A stretch of DNA of 64,000 nt from Parcubacteria group bacterium Gr01-1014_17 (GTDB lineage: Bacteria > Patescibacteriota > Minisyncoccia > Phycocordibacterales > UBA10002): contig VMFZ01000005.1 of the NCBI GenBank assembly GCA_007376285.1, positions 699 through 64,698 on the forward strand, given 5' to 3'. Positions 38,064 to 47,588 of this stretch are shown here, piece after piece; position 1 is the stretch's first letter; the number at the start of each line of letters is the position of its first letter. Under the pieces are notes generated by a model. That model worked only from the letters and a program-made list of their open reading frames with translations. It made no database searches and was not told the origin of the DNA. The translations under genes were made by a program, and so were the position numbers.

Positions 38064-39428
38064 TTGTCGGCGCGGCGATATCTTTTCTTTTTCCCGAATT
38101 GCGTCGGCGACCAATTGCAGAAAATTGCCGCGGCGCGGAATGATATACGCATCGTCTTTTTGGTTCTGAAAAAGGATTACGAACGCTACAAGCTGTTTCT
38201 GACTCGATTTCCCAGTGAACGCGTTATTGTGGAATCAGTATTACTTTCTTTCCAGAGAACTTTTTTTCAGAAGATTGTCCGCTTTTTTTATTCGTACCTT
38301 CTCTATACCAACACGACGCGTATTCTCGCAACGATGGGTATGCGCCCAGGCGAACCTCCCGCGGGAGGCAATCGTTTTATGGCGCCGCTCAAATGGCTCA
38401 TCGCGAACTCATTTGGGCGTTCGCGTTTTGTGCGTTTGAAAGTCGCGCCCTTTTTGCATTATCTCGCATTCAAGGACAGGCCGCTCGCTCCGTTGTTTGA
38501 GAAATACCGTCCCGATGCGGTATTTCTCTCCAGCATGTACGACCGTTTTGAAACACAAGTTATTCCGGAAGCAAAACGCCGCGGCATAAGAACCATCGCC
38601 ATGCCCGCGAGTTGGGACCATGTGGACAAATATTATTTGCCGTTCCATGCGGATATATTCGTGGCGCACAGCGAGCAGATAAAGCGCGCGGCAATCCGTT
38701 TCCAAAGTTATGCGCCCGAGTCCATCGTCGTGACTGGTTACCCGCATTTTGATTTTTTGGCGAGCAGAGAGTCGGTGCTTTCGCGCGAAGATACGCTCAA
38801 GGATCTCAACTTGCCGGCGGACTCACGCTACATTTTGTACGTGTCGGGAAGCGCGTATTGCCCCGATGAGCCGGACATTGTGGCTGAAATGTTGAAGTGG
38901 GTTGACGCTGGCGCGTTCGGCGAGAACACTTATATTGTTTTGCGACCGTACCTCGGTTCGCGAAGCAAAGATAAGGATTTTGACGCAGAAAAATATACGC
39001 GCCTATCGGAACATCCGCGCCTGCGCGTATTTGACAAGCGCGGCGTTGAAAAATTAGACGAGTCGGTGCTCTATCTCAATGTGATGCGGCATTCCGCAAT
39101 GGTGCTTGCTGTGTACAGCACGGTGTTTTTGGAATCAGTTGTGTTTGACCGCCCGCTCGTTGCGGCGCCATTTGACGGGTGGAATACGCGGCCGCTGTAC
39201 CGCTCAATACGGCGTTTTGAAGGATTTGAGCATTTTAAGGATGTTGCAGCGATCGGCGCGATTCGCGCGGCGCGCTCTTTTCCGGAATTGAAAAAAGTTA
39301 TTTCGGATTATCTTGCACATCCTGAACGGGATGCGGAAAAGCGTGAGAAAATGCGTCGCGAAATTTGTTGGAAGCTGGACGGTCGTTCTAGTGAACGATT
39401 AGTGAATCTTATTTTGGAAAATCTGTGA
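38064..39428 (+). CDS. GT-B SWD-motif paralog 2 (5' end uncertain)
   Basis: SWDHVDK, GYPHFD, LRPY, STVFLES, LDGRSSERL. Confidence 0.7.
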   Translation: MSARRYLFFFPNCVGDQLQKIAAARNDIRIVFLVLKKDYERYKLFLTRFPSERVIVESVLLSFQRTFFQKIVRFFYSYLLYTNTTRILATMGMRPGEPPAGGNRFMAPLKWLIANSFGRSRFVRLKVAPFLHYLAFKDRPLAPLFEKYRPDAVFLSSMYDRFETQVIPEAKRRGIRTIAMPASWDHVDKYYLPFHADIFVAHSEQIKRAAIRFQSYAPESIVVTGYPHFDFLASRESVLSREDTLKDLNLPADSRYILYVSGSAYCPDEPDIVAEMLKWVDAGAFGENTYIVLRPYLGSRSKDKDFDAEKYTRLSEHPRLRVFDKRGVEKLDESVLYLNVMRHSAMVLAVYSTVFLESVVFDRPLVAAPFDGWNTRPLYRSIRRFEGFEHFKDVAAIGAIRAARSFPELKKVISDYLAHPERDAEKREKMRREICWKLDGRSSERLVNLILENL

Positions 39429-40762
39429 AGACCATCTTTATCATTTGCTTCCACCCGCTCATCTCGCGCAATATTTTGAGCGCGCCATTTTTTAAGATAC
39501 TTGCCGGTGTTGCAGGATTGCGCATTGTGTTGGTTGTTTCTGAAAAGAAGATTGATTTCTTTGAGAAGTTTTACCAAAAAGACAATGTCATTATAGAAGG
39601 CATTCCACGGAAATTAAACGAAGCCGATTATTTGTTTAAGGACTTGGCGGCGGCGGCGATTCGCACGCGCACGCGGAAGCTGATACGCAATATGCGCCTT
39701 GGACACGAACGGTGGAATGCGCTTCGCGTGTTTTTTTGGGCACCGCTCATCCGTCCGCTTATTCCAAAGCTTTATGCGTGGTGTATGCCATGCAAGCGGT
39801 ACGCTACACTGTTTGAAAAATACAAGCCCACTGAGGTGTTTGCAACGGATATTTTTAATCCGATGGATGTCATTTTTATGTACGAAGCGAAACAGCGCGG
39901 CATCGCCACCGTCGGAATGGTGCGCTCGTGGGACAACTTGACCGCCAAAGGCGGATTTAGGGTGGTGCCGGACACGCTCGTTGTACAAAACGAGATTATT
40001 AAAAAAGAAGCGCAAGATATTCACGACATTCCGGAAACTAAAATCCGCGTCGTCGGCATTCCGCATTACGACAAATATCGGAATGGCGCGCCAATGCCGC
40101 GAACAGATTTTTGCGCGACACTAGGTATCCCTCCGGAGAGAAAATTTATTTTGTACGCCCCGGTGGGAAATCGATTCTTCACAAAGAATACCTTTGACCG
40201 AGAAATGATACTGATTCTTCGCGCTATACTTCCTGATAATTTTTATCTTTTGGTGCGTACGCCACCAGGCGACCCGGTTGATATGGAAGGAATACCACTC
40301 GACCCGCACATTATTATTGACGAGCCGGGTACGCGGTTTCCGTGGGCGGGGGAGCGGCTGATTGATACGGAAATGTCTCCGCAGGACGATGACTGGCTTG
40401 CCGCAACACTTTCGCATTGCGAGCTTTTGGTTTCCGGCTTCACCACGCTCATTGTTGATGCGGCGCGGTTCGGCAAGCCGATTATTGTGGTGGGTTTTGA
40501 TGCGAAAACGCCTTTGCCATATAACGAAAGCGTCTTGCGCCAGCTTGGGTTCAATCATTTTCAGCCAATCTTAAAAAGCGGCGGCGCGCGAGTGGCGCGG
40601 AATGAAAAAGAATTGAAGCTGGTTATAGATGAGTATCTTGCGAATCCGGAACATGATGCGGAGGCGCGGCAGAGAATGGTTACCGAGCAGTGTTTCAGAT
40701 ATGACGGCAAGTCAAGCGAACGGCTCCTCCGCGTTATTTTGGAGAATATAAAGATATGTTAA
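39425..40762 (+). CDS. GT-B SWD-motif paralog 3
   Basis: SWDNLTAKG, VQNE, GIPHYD, VRTPP, TTLIVDA, DGKSSERL. Confidence 0.72.
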   Translation: MKTIFIICFHPLISRNILSAPFFKILAGVAGLRIVLVVSEKKIDFFEKFYQKDNVIIEGIPRKLNEADYLFKDLAAAAIRTRTRKLIRNMRLGHERWNALRVFFWAPLIRPLIPKLYAWCMPCKRYATLFEKYKPTEVFATDIFNPMDVIFMYEAKQRGIATVGMVRSWDNLTAKGGFRVVPDTLVVQNEIIKKEAQDIHDIPETKIRVVGIPHYDKYRNGAPMPRTDFCATLGIPPERKFILYAPVGNRFFTKNTFDREMILILRAILPDNFYLLVRTPPGDPVDMEGIPLDPHIIIDEPGTRFPWAGERLIDTEMSPQDDDWLAATLSHCELLVSGFTTLIVDAARFGKPIIVVGFDAKTPLPYNESVLRQLGFNHFQPILKSGGARVARNEKELKLVIDEYLANPEHDAEARQRMVTEQCFRYDGKSSERLLRVILENIKIC

Positions 40763-40772
40763 TCTTGCTCGT

Positions 40773-42566
40773 ATGAACATTTTAGGCCTTAAAATTAAAC
40801 AACATGACACGGGTGCCGCGCTTATTGCCGGCAATCGCGTGGTCGCGATTGCCGAGGAACGGTTGAATCGCGTGAAGCATTCCCGCGATATGTTTCCAAA
40901 TCTCTCCATTGAGTATTGCTTGAACACACTCTGCGTGCGGCCGGAGGAGGTGGATTTAGTGGTACTGGATCAAGTCGGCTCGCATACGAAGCGCCCCTCT
41001 GAAGTTGTTTTTAAGCGAAATGGAGGAGGGCGGTTTACAAAAGCGCGCGTTGAAACCATCAACCATCATGATGCGCACGCGGCGGCGGCTTTTTTCTGTT
41101 CCCCGTTTCTGGAGGCAGGCATATTGATTGTAGACGGCGTCGGAGAGACTCTTCGCGATAATTTGGGGGCGCTCGGCACGGAAACGGAAACCATCTACCG
41201 CGGAGATGAAAATCATCTCGTCATGCTTCAAAAAACCCGCCACCTGCGTGAAATGCTTGGATTTCCCTATACGACCGGCATCGGAAAACTCTACTCATTT
41301 ATTTCAGATGGATACCTTAACTTCGGCGATTACAACGAAGGCAAAATGATGGGTTTGGCGCCCTATGGAGACGGTAGAATTTTGGAAAAGTATCCGCTTT
41401 CGCGCTGGTTTCGCATAGACGCGGAAGGTAGGGTTTTGTGCAACCCGCTCATTTCGTTCGCGGGGCGCGAAGAGTCGAAAGGATTTCGCCAGAAATCATA
41501 TCCGCAGGGTTGGCTGCGATGGTTTCTGAATGAAGCGCTACGGAAAACCGCATACGGGTTGTTTCGCGCCGCATACCGCAGGCGCGAGCCGTCTTTAACG
41601 GAACCAATTTTGTTTGATGAGATTCATTTGCGCAAGCCGCGGCGGAAAGCCGAAACGCTTCCGGAGCCGTATTACGCCGCGGCGGCATACGCGGTACAAA
41701 AGGTGTTGGAAGAGGTAATGGTAGTATGGGGGAAACGGATCAAATCTATGACAGGCGTAGATAATCTATGCCTCGCCGGAGGAGTCGGTTTGAACATTGA
41801 CGCGAATCGAAGGTTCCTGGAGGATGTCGGCTTCAAAAAGCTTTTTGTTCAACCAGCAGCATCCGACACCGGCATTGCGCTTGGGTGCGCGTTGTGGGGC
41901 GCACACCAGATTTTGAGATTGCCCCGTTTTTATGAAATGAAAAGCGCATCGCTCGGTAAAACCTATTTGGAAACAGACATCACCAACGCGCTTGAAAAAT
42001 ACAAAGACAAAATTACGGCGCGCCGTTCGAACGACTTTGCGAGCGATGCCGCAAAGTTAATTGCGAGCGGCAAAATTATCGGCTGGTTTCAGGGCGGGAG
42101 CGAATACGGGCCACGCGCGCTCGGCAACCGCTCTATCATTGGTGATGCCCGCAATCCTGAAATGGCGAACATCATTAACAAAAAAGTGAAGCACCGCGAG
42201 CCGTGGCGGCCATTCGCGGCAAGTGTTCTTGCTGAGAAGCAACGCGAATGGTTTGAGTTGGAACACCCAAGCCCGTTTATGCTTCTTGCCGCGCCGGTGA
42301 TGAAAGAGAAGCGCGCGCTCGTTCCTTCGATTGTGCATATAGATGGGAGTTGCCGTATTCAATCCGTAACAGCGGAAGCAAACGAGCCGTATTATGCATT
42401 GCTTAAAGTGTTTGAAAAAGAGACCGGCGTACCGCTCGTTCTCAATACTTCTTTCAACGACGCGGGCGAACCCATTGTGGAGACGCCCGAAGATGCACTC
42501 CGGTGTTTTTTGAATACGGAAATGGACGCGCTCGTACTTCACAATTGGATTGTAGAGAAGAAGTAA
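40773..42566 (+). CDS. O-carbamoyltransferase (NodU/CmcH family)
   Basis: HDTGAA, EERLNR.KH, HHDAHA, DGVG, GKMMGLAPYG, AGGVGLN, GPRALGNRSI, RPFA, LNTSFN. Confidence 0.95.
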   Translation: MNILGLKIKQHDTGAALIAGNRVVAIAEERLNRVKHSRDMFPNLSIEYCLNTLCVRPEEVDLVVLDQVGSHTKRPSEVVFKRNGGGRFTKARVETINHHDAHAAAAFFCSPFLEAGILIVDGVGETLRDNLGALGTETETIYRGDENHLVMLQKTRHLREMLGFPYTTGIGKLYSFISDGYLNFGDYNEGKMMGLAPYGDGRILEKYPLSRWFRIDAEGRVLCNPLISFAGREESKGFRQKSYPQGWLRWFLNEALRKTAYGLFRAAYRRREPSLTEPILFDEIHLRKPRRKAETLPEPYYAAAAYAVQKVLEEVMVVWGKRIKSMTGVDNLCLAGGVGLNIDANRRFLEDVGFKKLFVQPAASDTGIALGCALWGAHQILRLPRFYEMKSASLGKTYLETDITNALEKYKDKITARRSNDFASDAAKLIASGKIIGWFQGGSEYGPRALGNRSIIGDARNPEMANIINKKVKHREPWRPFAASVLAEKQREWFELEHPSPFMLLAAPVMKEKRALVPSIVHIDGSCRIQSVTAEANEPYYALLKVFEKETGVPLVLNTSFNDAGEPIVETPEDALRCFLNTEMDALVLHNWIVEKK

Positions 42567-42568
42567 TT

Positions 42569-43201
42569 ATGCAGAATATACACTACGGTGTGTTACAGTG
42601 TTACGGTATGAAAAAACCACATTGGTCATGTTGGCGACATCTCAATTATTTATTTTACCAACAGCACCTTTCTGGTTTGCGTGGCACCCTGCTTGATGTC
42701 GGAGTCGGGAAGAGGCACCTCAAAAATTTATTCACTGGTTTTAATTATAAGGGAGTTGATTGGGCGGGAGATGCCGATGTGTTATGTGATTTGAATGCGG
42801 AGTGGCCGTTTCAGAAAGAAAAATTTGATGTCATCATTTGCTCAAACACGCTGGAACATATAAAAAATCCTCATTTTCTCGCCGAGAATATGCTCAAGAG
42901 CTTACGCGGCACTCTATTAGGTACGGTTCCTTATATTACAAAATTACATCAAGAACCGCATGATTATTTCCGTTATACGCCCTACGCGCTTATGGATCTT
43001 TTAGAAGGCGTGAAAATATATCCTCTTGGGAGCGCCATAGACGCGCTTCACTTGATACGGAAAAAAGTCGCTCATGACATGCAGCCGATTTTTAAAAACA
43101 GATTATGGCATTTTGTTAATAAATTGACTGATAGGATAGAACCGAAACTTGATCCTTCTTGGCAAATGCCGTTGGGATATTGGTTTATGGTTAAAAAGTA
43201 A
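42569..43201 (+). CDS. Class I SAM-dependent methyltransferase (AT-richer gene)
   Basis: LDVGVG, NTLEH, HQEPHDYFRYT. Confidence 0.8.
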   Translation: MQNIHYGVLQCYGMKKPHWSCWRHLNYLFYQQHLSGLRGTLLDVGVGKRHLKNLFTGFNYKGVDWAGDADVLCDLNAEWPFQKEKFDVIICSNTLEHIKNPHFLAENMLKSLRGTLLGTVPYITKLHQEPHDYFRYTPYALMDLLEGVKIYPLGSAIDALHLIRKKVAHDMQPIFKNRLWHFVNKLTDRIEPKLDPSWQMPLGYWFMVKK

Positions 43202-43213
43202 CTATCTTTAAAA

Positions 43214-44215
43214 ATGATGCCGACGATTTTATATGTGTATGAAGAGCGGATTCTGGAGGCGCTTCGCGCGTTGGTGTTTTCGCATTTTCCTTCCCGTGAG
43301 TTTTCGGTTGAGCAGATGACCTATGCGGCACCGCTTTCTGAACAAAAAGAGAAATTATCGCGTGCCGACGCCGTGTTTTTCGCGCCGGGAAGGTTTTTAT
43401 CCGACGAAGCGATGCACGCGGCTTCGCGCTGTCGGCTCATGCAGTTATGGAGTTCCGGATTTGACAAGTTTAATGTACATGGGGCGACCGCGGCGGGGAT
43501 TCCGGTCGCGACAAACGGCGGCGCAAACGCTTCGTCAGTTGCCGAACACGCCGTTCTTTTGATGCTTGCGGTGTCGCGCCGCCTTCCAGAAATGGATATA
43601 AAGGCGCGGAGCGGACAGTGGGGCGGTAGCAGTTATGGTTTGGAAATGCAGATGCTTGAGAAAAAACGGCTCGGCATTGTGGGGTTCGGGAACATTGGGC
43701 AGAAAGTCGCGGAAAAAGTGGCAGGGTTCGGTATGGAGATTTGTTATTATGACACGCGCCGCGCCGCTCTCGAGGAAGAAAAGCGGCTGAATGTGCGCTC
43801 TATTTCTTTTGACGAATTACTCCGCGCCTCCGACATTATTACCCTACACCTTCATTTAAACGAAACTACCAAACGCCTTATTGATGCGCGCGCGTTTTCT
43901 CTGATGAAAAAGGGCGCGATACTTATTAATGCGGCGCGCGCGGAATTGGTTGACAAAGACGCGTTCTGCAAGGCGCTCAAAACAGGCATCGTGCGCGGCG
44001 CGGGGCTGGATGTATTTGCAGAAGAGCCGCCTCGTTCCGATGATGCACTCTTTTCTTTTCCGACGGTCGTGGCGACTCCACATATTGCCGGTTCAAACCG
44101 TGATGCGTATGAGGAGGTGATGAAGCGCTCGCTTCAGAACATTAAACGCGCGCTCAAAGGAGAAGATATTCTCTGGTCCGTCAACGGATTAATCCGCCGT
44201 AAACTTATCGTATGA
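43214..44215 (+). CDS. D-2-hydroxyacid dehydrogenase family protein
   Basis: SVAEH, GIVGFGNIG, INAAR, GLDVFAEEP, TPHIAG. Confidence 0.92.
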   Translation: MMPTILYVYEERILEALRALVFSHFPSREFSVEQMTYAAPLSEQKEKLSRADAVFFAPGRFLSDEAMHAASRCRLMQLWSSGFDKFNVHGATAAGIPVATNGGANASSVAEHAVLLMLAVSRRLPEMDIKARSGQWGGSSYGLEMQMLEKKRLGIVGFGNIGQKVAEKVAGFGMEICYYDTRRAALEEEKRLNVRSISFDELLRASDIITLHLHLNETTKRLIDARAFSLMKKGAILINAARAELVDKDAFCKALKTGIVRGAGLDVFAEEPPRSDDALFSFPTVVATPHIAGSNRDAYEEVMKRSLQNIKRALKGEDILWSVNGLIRRKLIV

Positions 44216-45030
44216 TAAAATTGATGAAGCGCACATTCTGGAAGATATTCTGGTGTTTCTTTTTGGTATTATGGAAGTGCATTCCCTTGAGGCGCAAAGC
44301 GCTTTTGTTGGAACAGGAGCCGCTTCACGGCGCCCTCGATTGGGATAGAAGTGTTTTACTATCCGTCAGTTCTTTGCAGGACATACGGCGATTGCGTGCC
44401 GCTGGGAGTGAACCCTACACCGCGCGGTGGATTGCAGAAGATATGCGCGACGGCGATTGCCTCTACGATATCGGCGCTTCCGTCGGGGCGTATTCTTTTA
44501 TTGCCGCGCGTGCGCATAAAAACATAACGATTTACGCGTTTGAGCCGTCAGCCGCAAGTTTCGCATCGCTTCTAGCGAATATCGCGCGCAACGGATGTGG
44601 CGCGCGCGTCATTCCTCTTTCAGTAGCTCTTGGCGAACGAACAGGATTTACAACTTTTATCTACGCTTCGCTCTTTTCGGGCGCGACAAAACAGCATGGC
44701 ATCAAAGGCGTGGGCGCACTTTCCGATACACGGCAAGTTGTATACGCATGGGCGCTTGACGACCTTATTGTCGGAGCAAAACTCGCACCGCCGACGCATA
44801 TTAAAATAGATGTAGACGGCTCCGAGATAATGGTAATGCTTGGAATGCTAAAAACACTTGCATTTCCGTCCGTACGACTCGTGCAAGTTGAGGCAAGCCA
44901 GGGGAAGGAAGGTACGGCGGGTACGATTTCCGAAATACTGACTGGTGCCGGGTTTGTATTAGCGGAGACCAATCGCGCGGACAACTTTCGTGCGACCGAT
45001 TACTTATTTCGCCGTGCTTCCGTTATATAG
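44212..45030 (+). CDS. FkbM family methyltransferase
   Basis: YDIGASVGAYS, FEPS, PTHIKIDVDGSE. Confidence 0.9.
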   Translation: MIKLMKRTFWKIFWCFFLVLWKCIPLRRKALLLEQEPLHGALDWDRSVLLSVSSLQDIRRLRAAGSEPYTARWIAEDMRDGDCLYDIGASVGAYSFIAARAHKNITIYAFEPSAASFASLLANIARNGCGARVIPLSVALGERTGFTTFIYASLFSGATKQHGIKGVGALSDTRQVVYAWALDDLIVGAKLAPPTHIKIDVDGSEIMVMLGMLKTLAFPSVRLVQVEASQGKEGTAGTISEILTGAGFVLAETNRADNFRATDYLFRRASVI

Positions 45031-45033
45031 TAT

Positions 45034-46389
45034 ATGCCGTACAAAAAGATACTCTTTTTTGTAAAGTCATTGCGATTTCTGCGCTATTTTAAAAGTGTGG
45101 TTGAAGCTCTGCTTCGCCGTGGGTTTGCTGTGCATATTGTGTTTGATTCGGAGAAATATGAAGAACCGTCCGACAATTCTCTGGAACAATTTAAAAAAGA
45201 ACACCCGCTTTTTTCATGGGAGAATGGGCCGCTTCGCACCGACCGATGGGCTCGCTTTATCATCGCGTGCCGCAATATACGCAATTACGCTTTTTTGGTT
45301 CGCATCCGCGCGGTAAAGCGCCATACTGACCGGATGTTCCAATATCTTCCTGTCTCGTTGAGGAAAAGCATTGCACGCATGCCGTTTTTGCGGTTTGTGA
45401 TTGCACTGCGCCCCGTGGACTTTTTCTTATCTCTCTGCGAATACATGGTGCCGCCAGATATAAGTATTACGAACTATATTCGCGCCGCGCGTCCGAGCGC
45501 CATACTGGTATCGTACCGCAACTTTCCCTGCACTTCTCCTGATATAGATTATCTTAAGTCAGCAAGAAAGTTACGCATACCCGCGGCAACCATCACGCCT
45601 TCGTGGGACAACCTGACGACTAAATCGCTGATTCAAGTAAAACCAGACGCTGTATTGGTTTGGAACGAAGAGCACGCGCATTCAGTGCATCGCTATCATC
45701 ATATTCCGAAAGAGACCATAAAAATAGTTGGCGCCCCCCAGTTTGATGCGTGGTTTGAACGCCGCGTCCCCTTTCAAATTCGTGAACGCTTTATAGACTC
45801 ATATGGGCTTGACCCGAACCGGAAATTTCTTTTGTATATCTCTTCGGCATCGGCTGGACGGCGCAACCCGAACGCGATTCACCTGCTTCGTGAGGCGTGC
45901 AACGCCAGCACGGACCCGCTCGTGCGCACGATACACATTCTCGTGCGCCCCTATCCAGGATACGAAGGATTTTCAGCAGTAGGGAATATATTCGGCGTCA
46001 CGGTCCTGCCGGCTCCGGCAGAGGGGAGACGCACACTTCAAGATGACGCGCTGTTTTACGATTCCATTTTTCATTCTTTTGCGGTGATTGCTTTGGATAG
46101 TGCGGCGTTTTTTGATGTGATGGCGGTCGGCAGACCGGGCATTGTCTACCGAGATGCGCATTTTTCCGACATTCAAAGTGCTGAACATTTTTCAGCACTT
46201 ATGGGGCGTGGAGCGCTCTATGAGGCGAATTCTGGATATAGGTTCACCTCCCTTGTTTCCAGATTACTTGCCGGTAAGGATGAATTTGCCGCGCGTCGCG
46301 CAGAATATTTAAAAAGATTTATACGCCCGCGCGGCATAGAACGAAGTGCCGGTGAAGCCGTTGCAGATGAAGTAGAAAAATTCTTATGA
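45034..46389 (+). CDS. GT-B SWD-motif paralog 4
   Basis: SWDNLTTKS, VWNE, GAPQFD, VRPYP. Confidence 0.7.
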   Translation: MPYKKILFFVKSLRFLRYFKSVVEALLRRGFAVHIVFDSEKYEEPSDNSLEQFKKEHPLFSWENGPLRTDRWARFIIACRNIRNYAFLVRIRAVKRHTDRMFQYLPVSLRKSIARMPFLRFVIALRPVDFFLSLCEYMVPPDISITNYIRAARPSAILVSYRNFPCTSPDIDYLKSARKLRIPAATITPSWDNLTTKSLIQVKPDAVLVWNEEHAHSVHRYHHIPKETIKIVGAPQFDAWFERRVPFQIRERFIDSYGLDPNRKFLLYISSASAGRRNPNAIHLLREACNASTDPLVRTIHILVRPYPGYEGFSAVGNIFGVTVLPAPAEGRRTLQDDALFYDSIFHSFAVIALDSAAFFDVMAVGRPGIVYRDAHFSDIQSAEHFSALMGRGALYEANSGYRFTSLVSRLLAGKDEFAARRAEYLKRFIRPRGIERSAGEAVADEVEKFL

Positions 46390-47588
46390 TTCATTCTCTT
46401 TTCAAGAGATTTCGGCTACATTTTTTCGCACTCGCCGCGCTCGCGCTTTTTCCGCTTCTCGCGATTCTTGCTCGCATTCGTGCGCGGGGACGCACCGGCA
46501 ACGCACCGCGTATATTGGTCGTACCAATACTGACGCGCGTCGGGGATTTGGTGTGTTCAACACCGGTGTTTCGGGAAATAAAGATGCACTTTCCAAACGC
46601 CCACCTTGCAGTGGTCGTCGGTCGGAAAGCAAAGGGAATTCTTGTGCACAATCCACGGATTGACGATCTGATTGATTACAATAATGAGCGTTTTCATGGA
46701 TTTGCTGGACGCTGGAGGTTTTTCTATTTTTTATATTCGCAAAAATTTGACGCGGTATTTTCATTGGGAACGAGCGTTATCGGTACGCTTTCCTGTATTT
46801 TCGCCGCCGCTCCGATTCGTGTGAAGACCGTGGTGGCGCACCCGCCGTTTTTTGAGCGATTGACCGATTGGATGAACACAGATCGGGTAACCTATACGCA
46901 CGGCACATTTCTCCAGAAACATTATGTGTCGCTTCTTTCCGCGCTGGGAGTTCGTTCTGCACAACCGATCAAAGAGGTATTCACGACCGAGGCGGGCGAG
47001 AGGAAAGCGCGCGCATTTTTTGATGGCGCGTTTGGAGGCGTTCCGCCGCTTTTGGTTGGTATGACTGTCTCTGCGGGCAACAAGATAAAAGAATGGCCAC
47101 TGGCGCGTTTCGCGGAGGTTGCGGATATACTGGTGGAGAAATATGGAGCAAGAATTATTTTCATAGACAGTCCGGCGAATCGCGAACGCACTGAAGAGGT
47201 GGTGGGTCTGATGAAACGGCGTGCTGCGGCGTGCGCAATAGATTTTTCTTTGGAAGAACTACCTTCGCTCATTAAACGATTACACGCTTTTGTGGCGGTA
47301 GACACGGGCGCTATTTATATTGCGCACGCGCTTGGCGTTCCATTGGTTGATATTATTGGACCCGTTGAGCCGAATGAACAGCCGCCCTCTGATGAAAAGA
47401 GTGTTCAGGTCCTTCCGGCGAGTGGAATCGAGCCCACCTCATTTGTTTTCTATTCGAATGAGTGTAACGGCAATTATATGCCGGCGGTTCTCTCTATTAC
47501 CGCGCCACAAGTCGTTGCGGCTTTTGAGTTGCTCATTGCGCGCGGATTTGTACGCAATGCGCAACCTTTTTATGAAAAGAATTCGTAA
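46386..47588 (+). CDS. GT9 glycosyltransferase
   Basis: RVGDLVCSTP, KEWP, VAVDTGAIYIAHALGVP. Confidence 0.88.
   Translation: MIHSLFKRFRLHFFALAALALFPLLAILARIRARGRTGNAPRILVVPILTRVGDLVCSTPVFREIKMHFPNAHLAVVVGRKAKGILVHNPRIDDLIDYNNERFHGFAGRWRFFYFLYSQKFDAVFSLGTSVIGTLSCIFAAAPIRVKTVVAHPPFFERLTDWMNTDRVTYTHGTFLQKHYVSLLSALGVRSAQPIKEVFTTEAGERKARAFFDGAFGGVPPLLVGMTVSAGNKIKEWPLARFAEVADILVEKYGARIIFIDSPANRERTEEVVGLMKRRAAACAIDFSLEELPSLIKRLHAFVAVDTGAIYIAHALGVPLVDIIGPVEPNEQPPSDEKSVQVLPASGIEPTSFVFYSNECNGNYMPAVLSITAPQVVAAFELLIARGFVRNAQPFYEKNS

Noticed and set aside
46559-46570. 12-bp palindrome AACACCGGTGTT in the GT9 gene
   Set aside because: It encodes the conserved TP motif region, is short and has no loop; probably chance.
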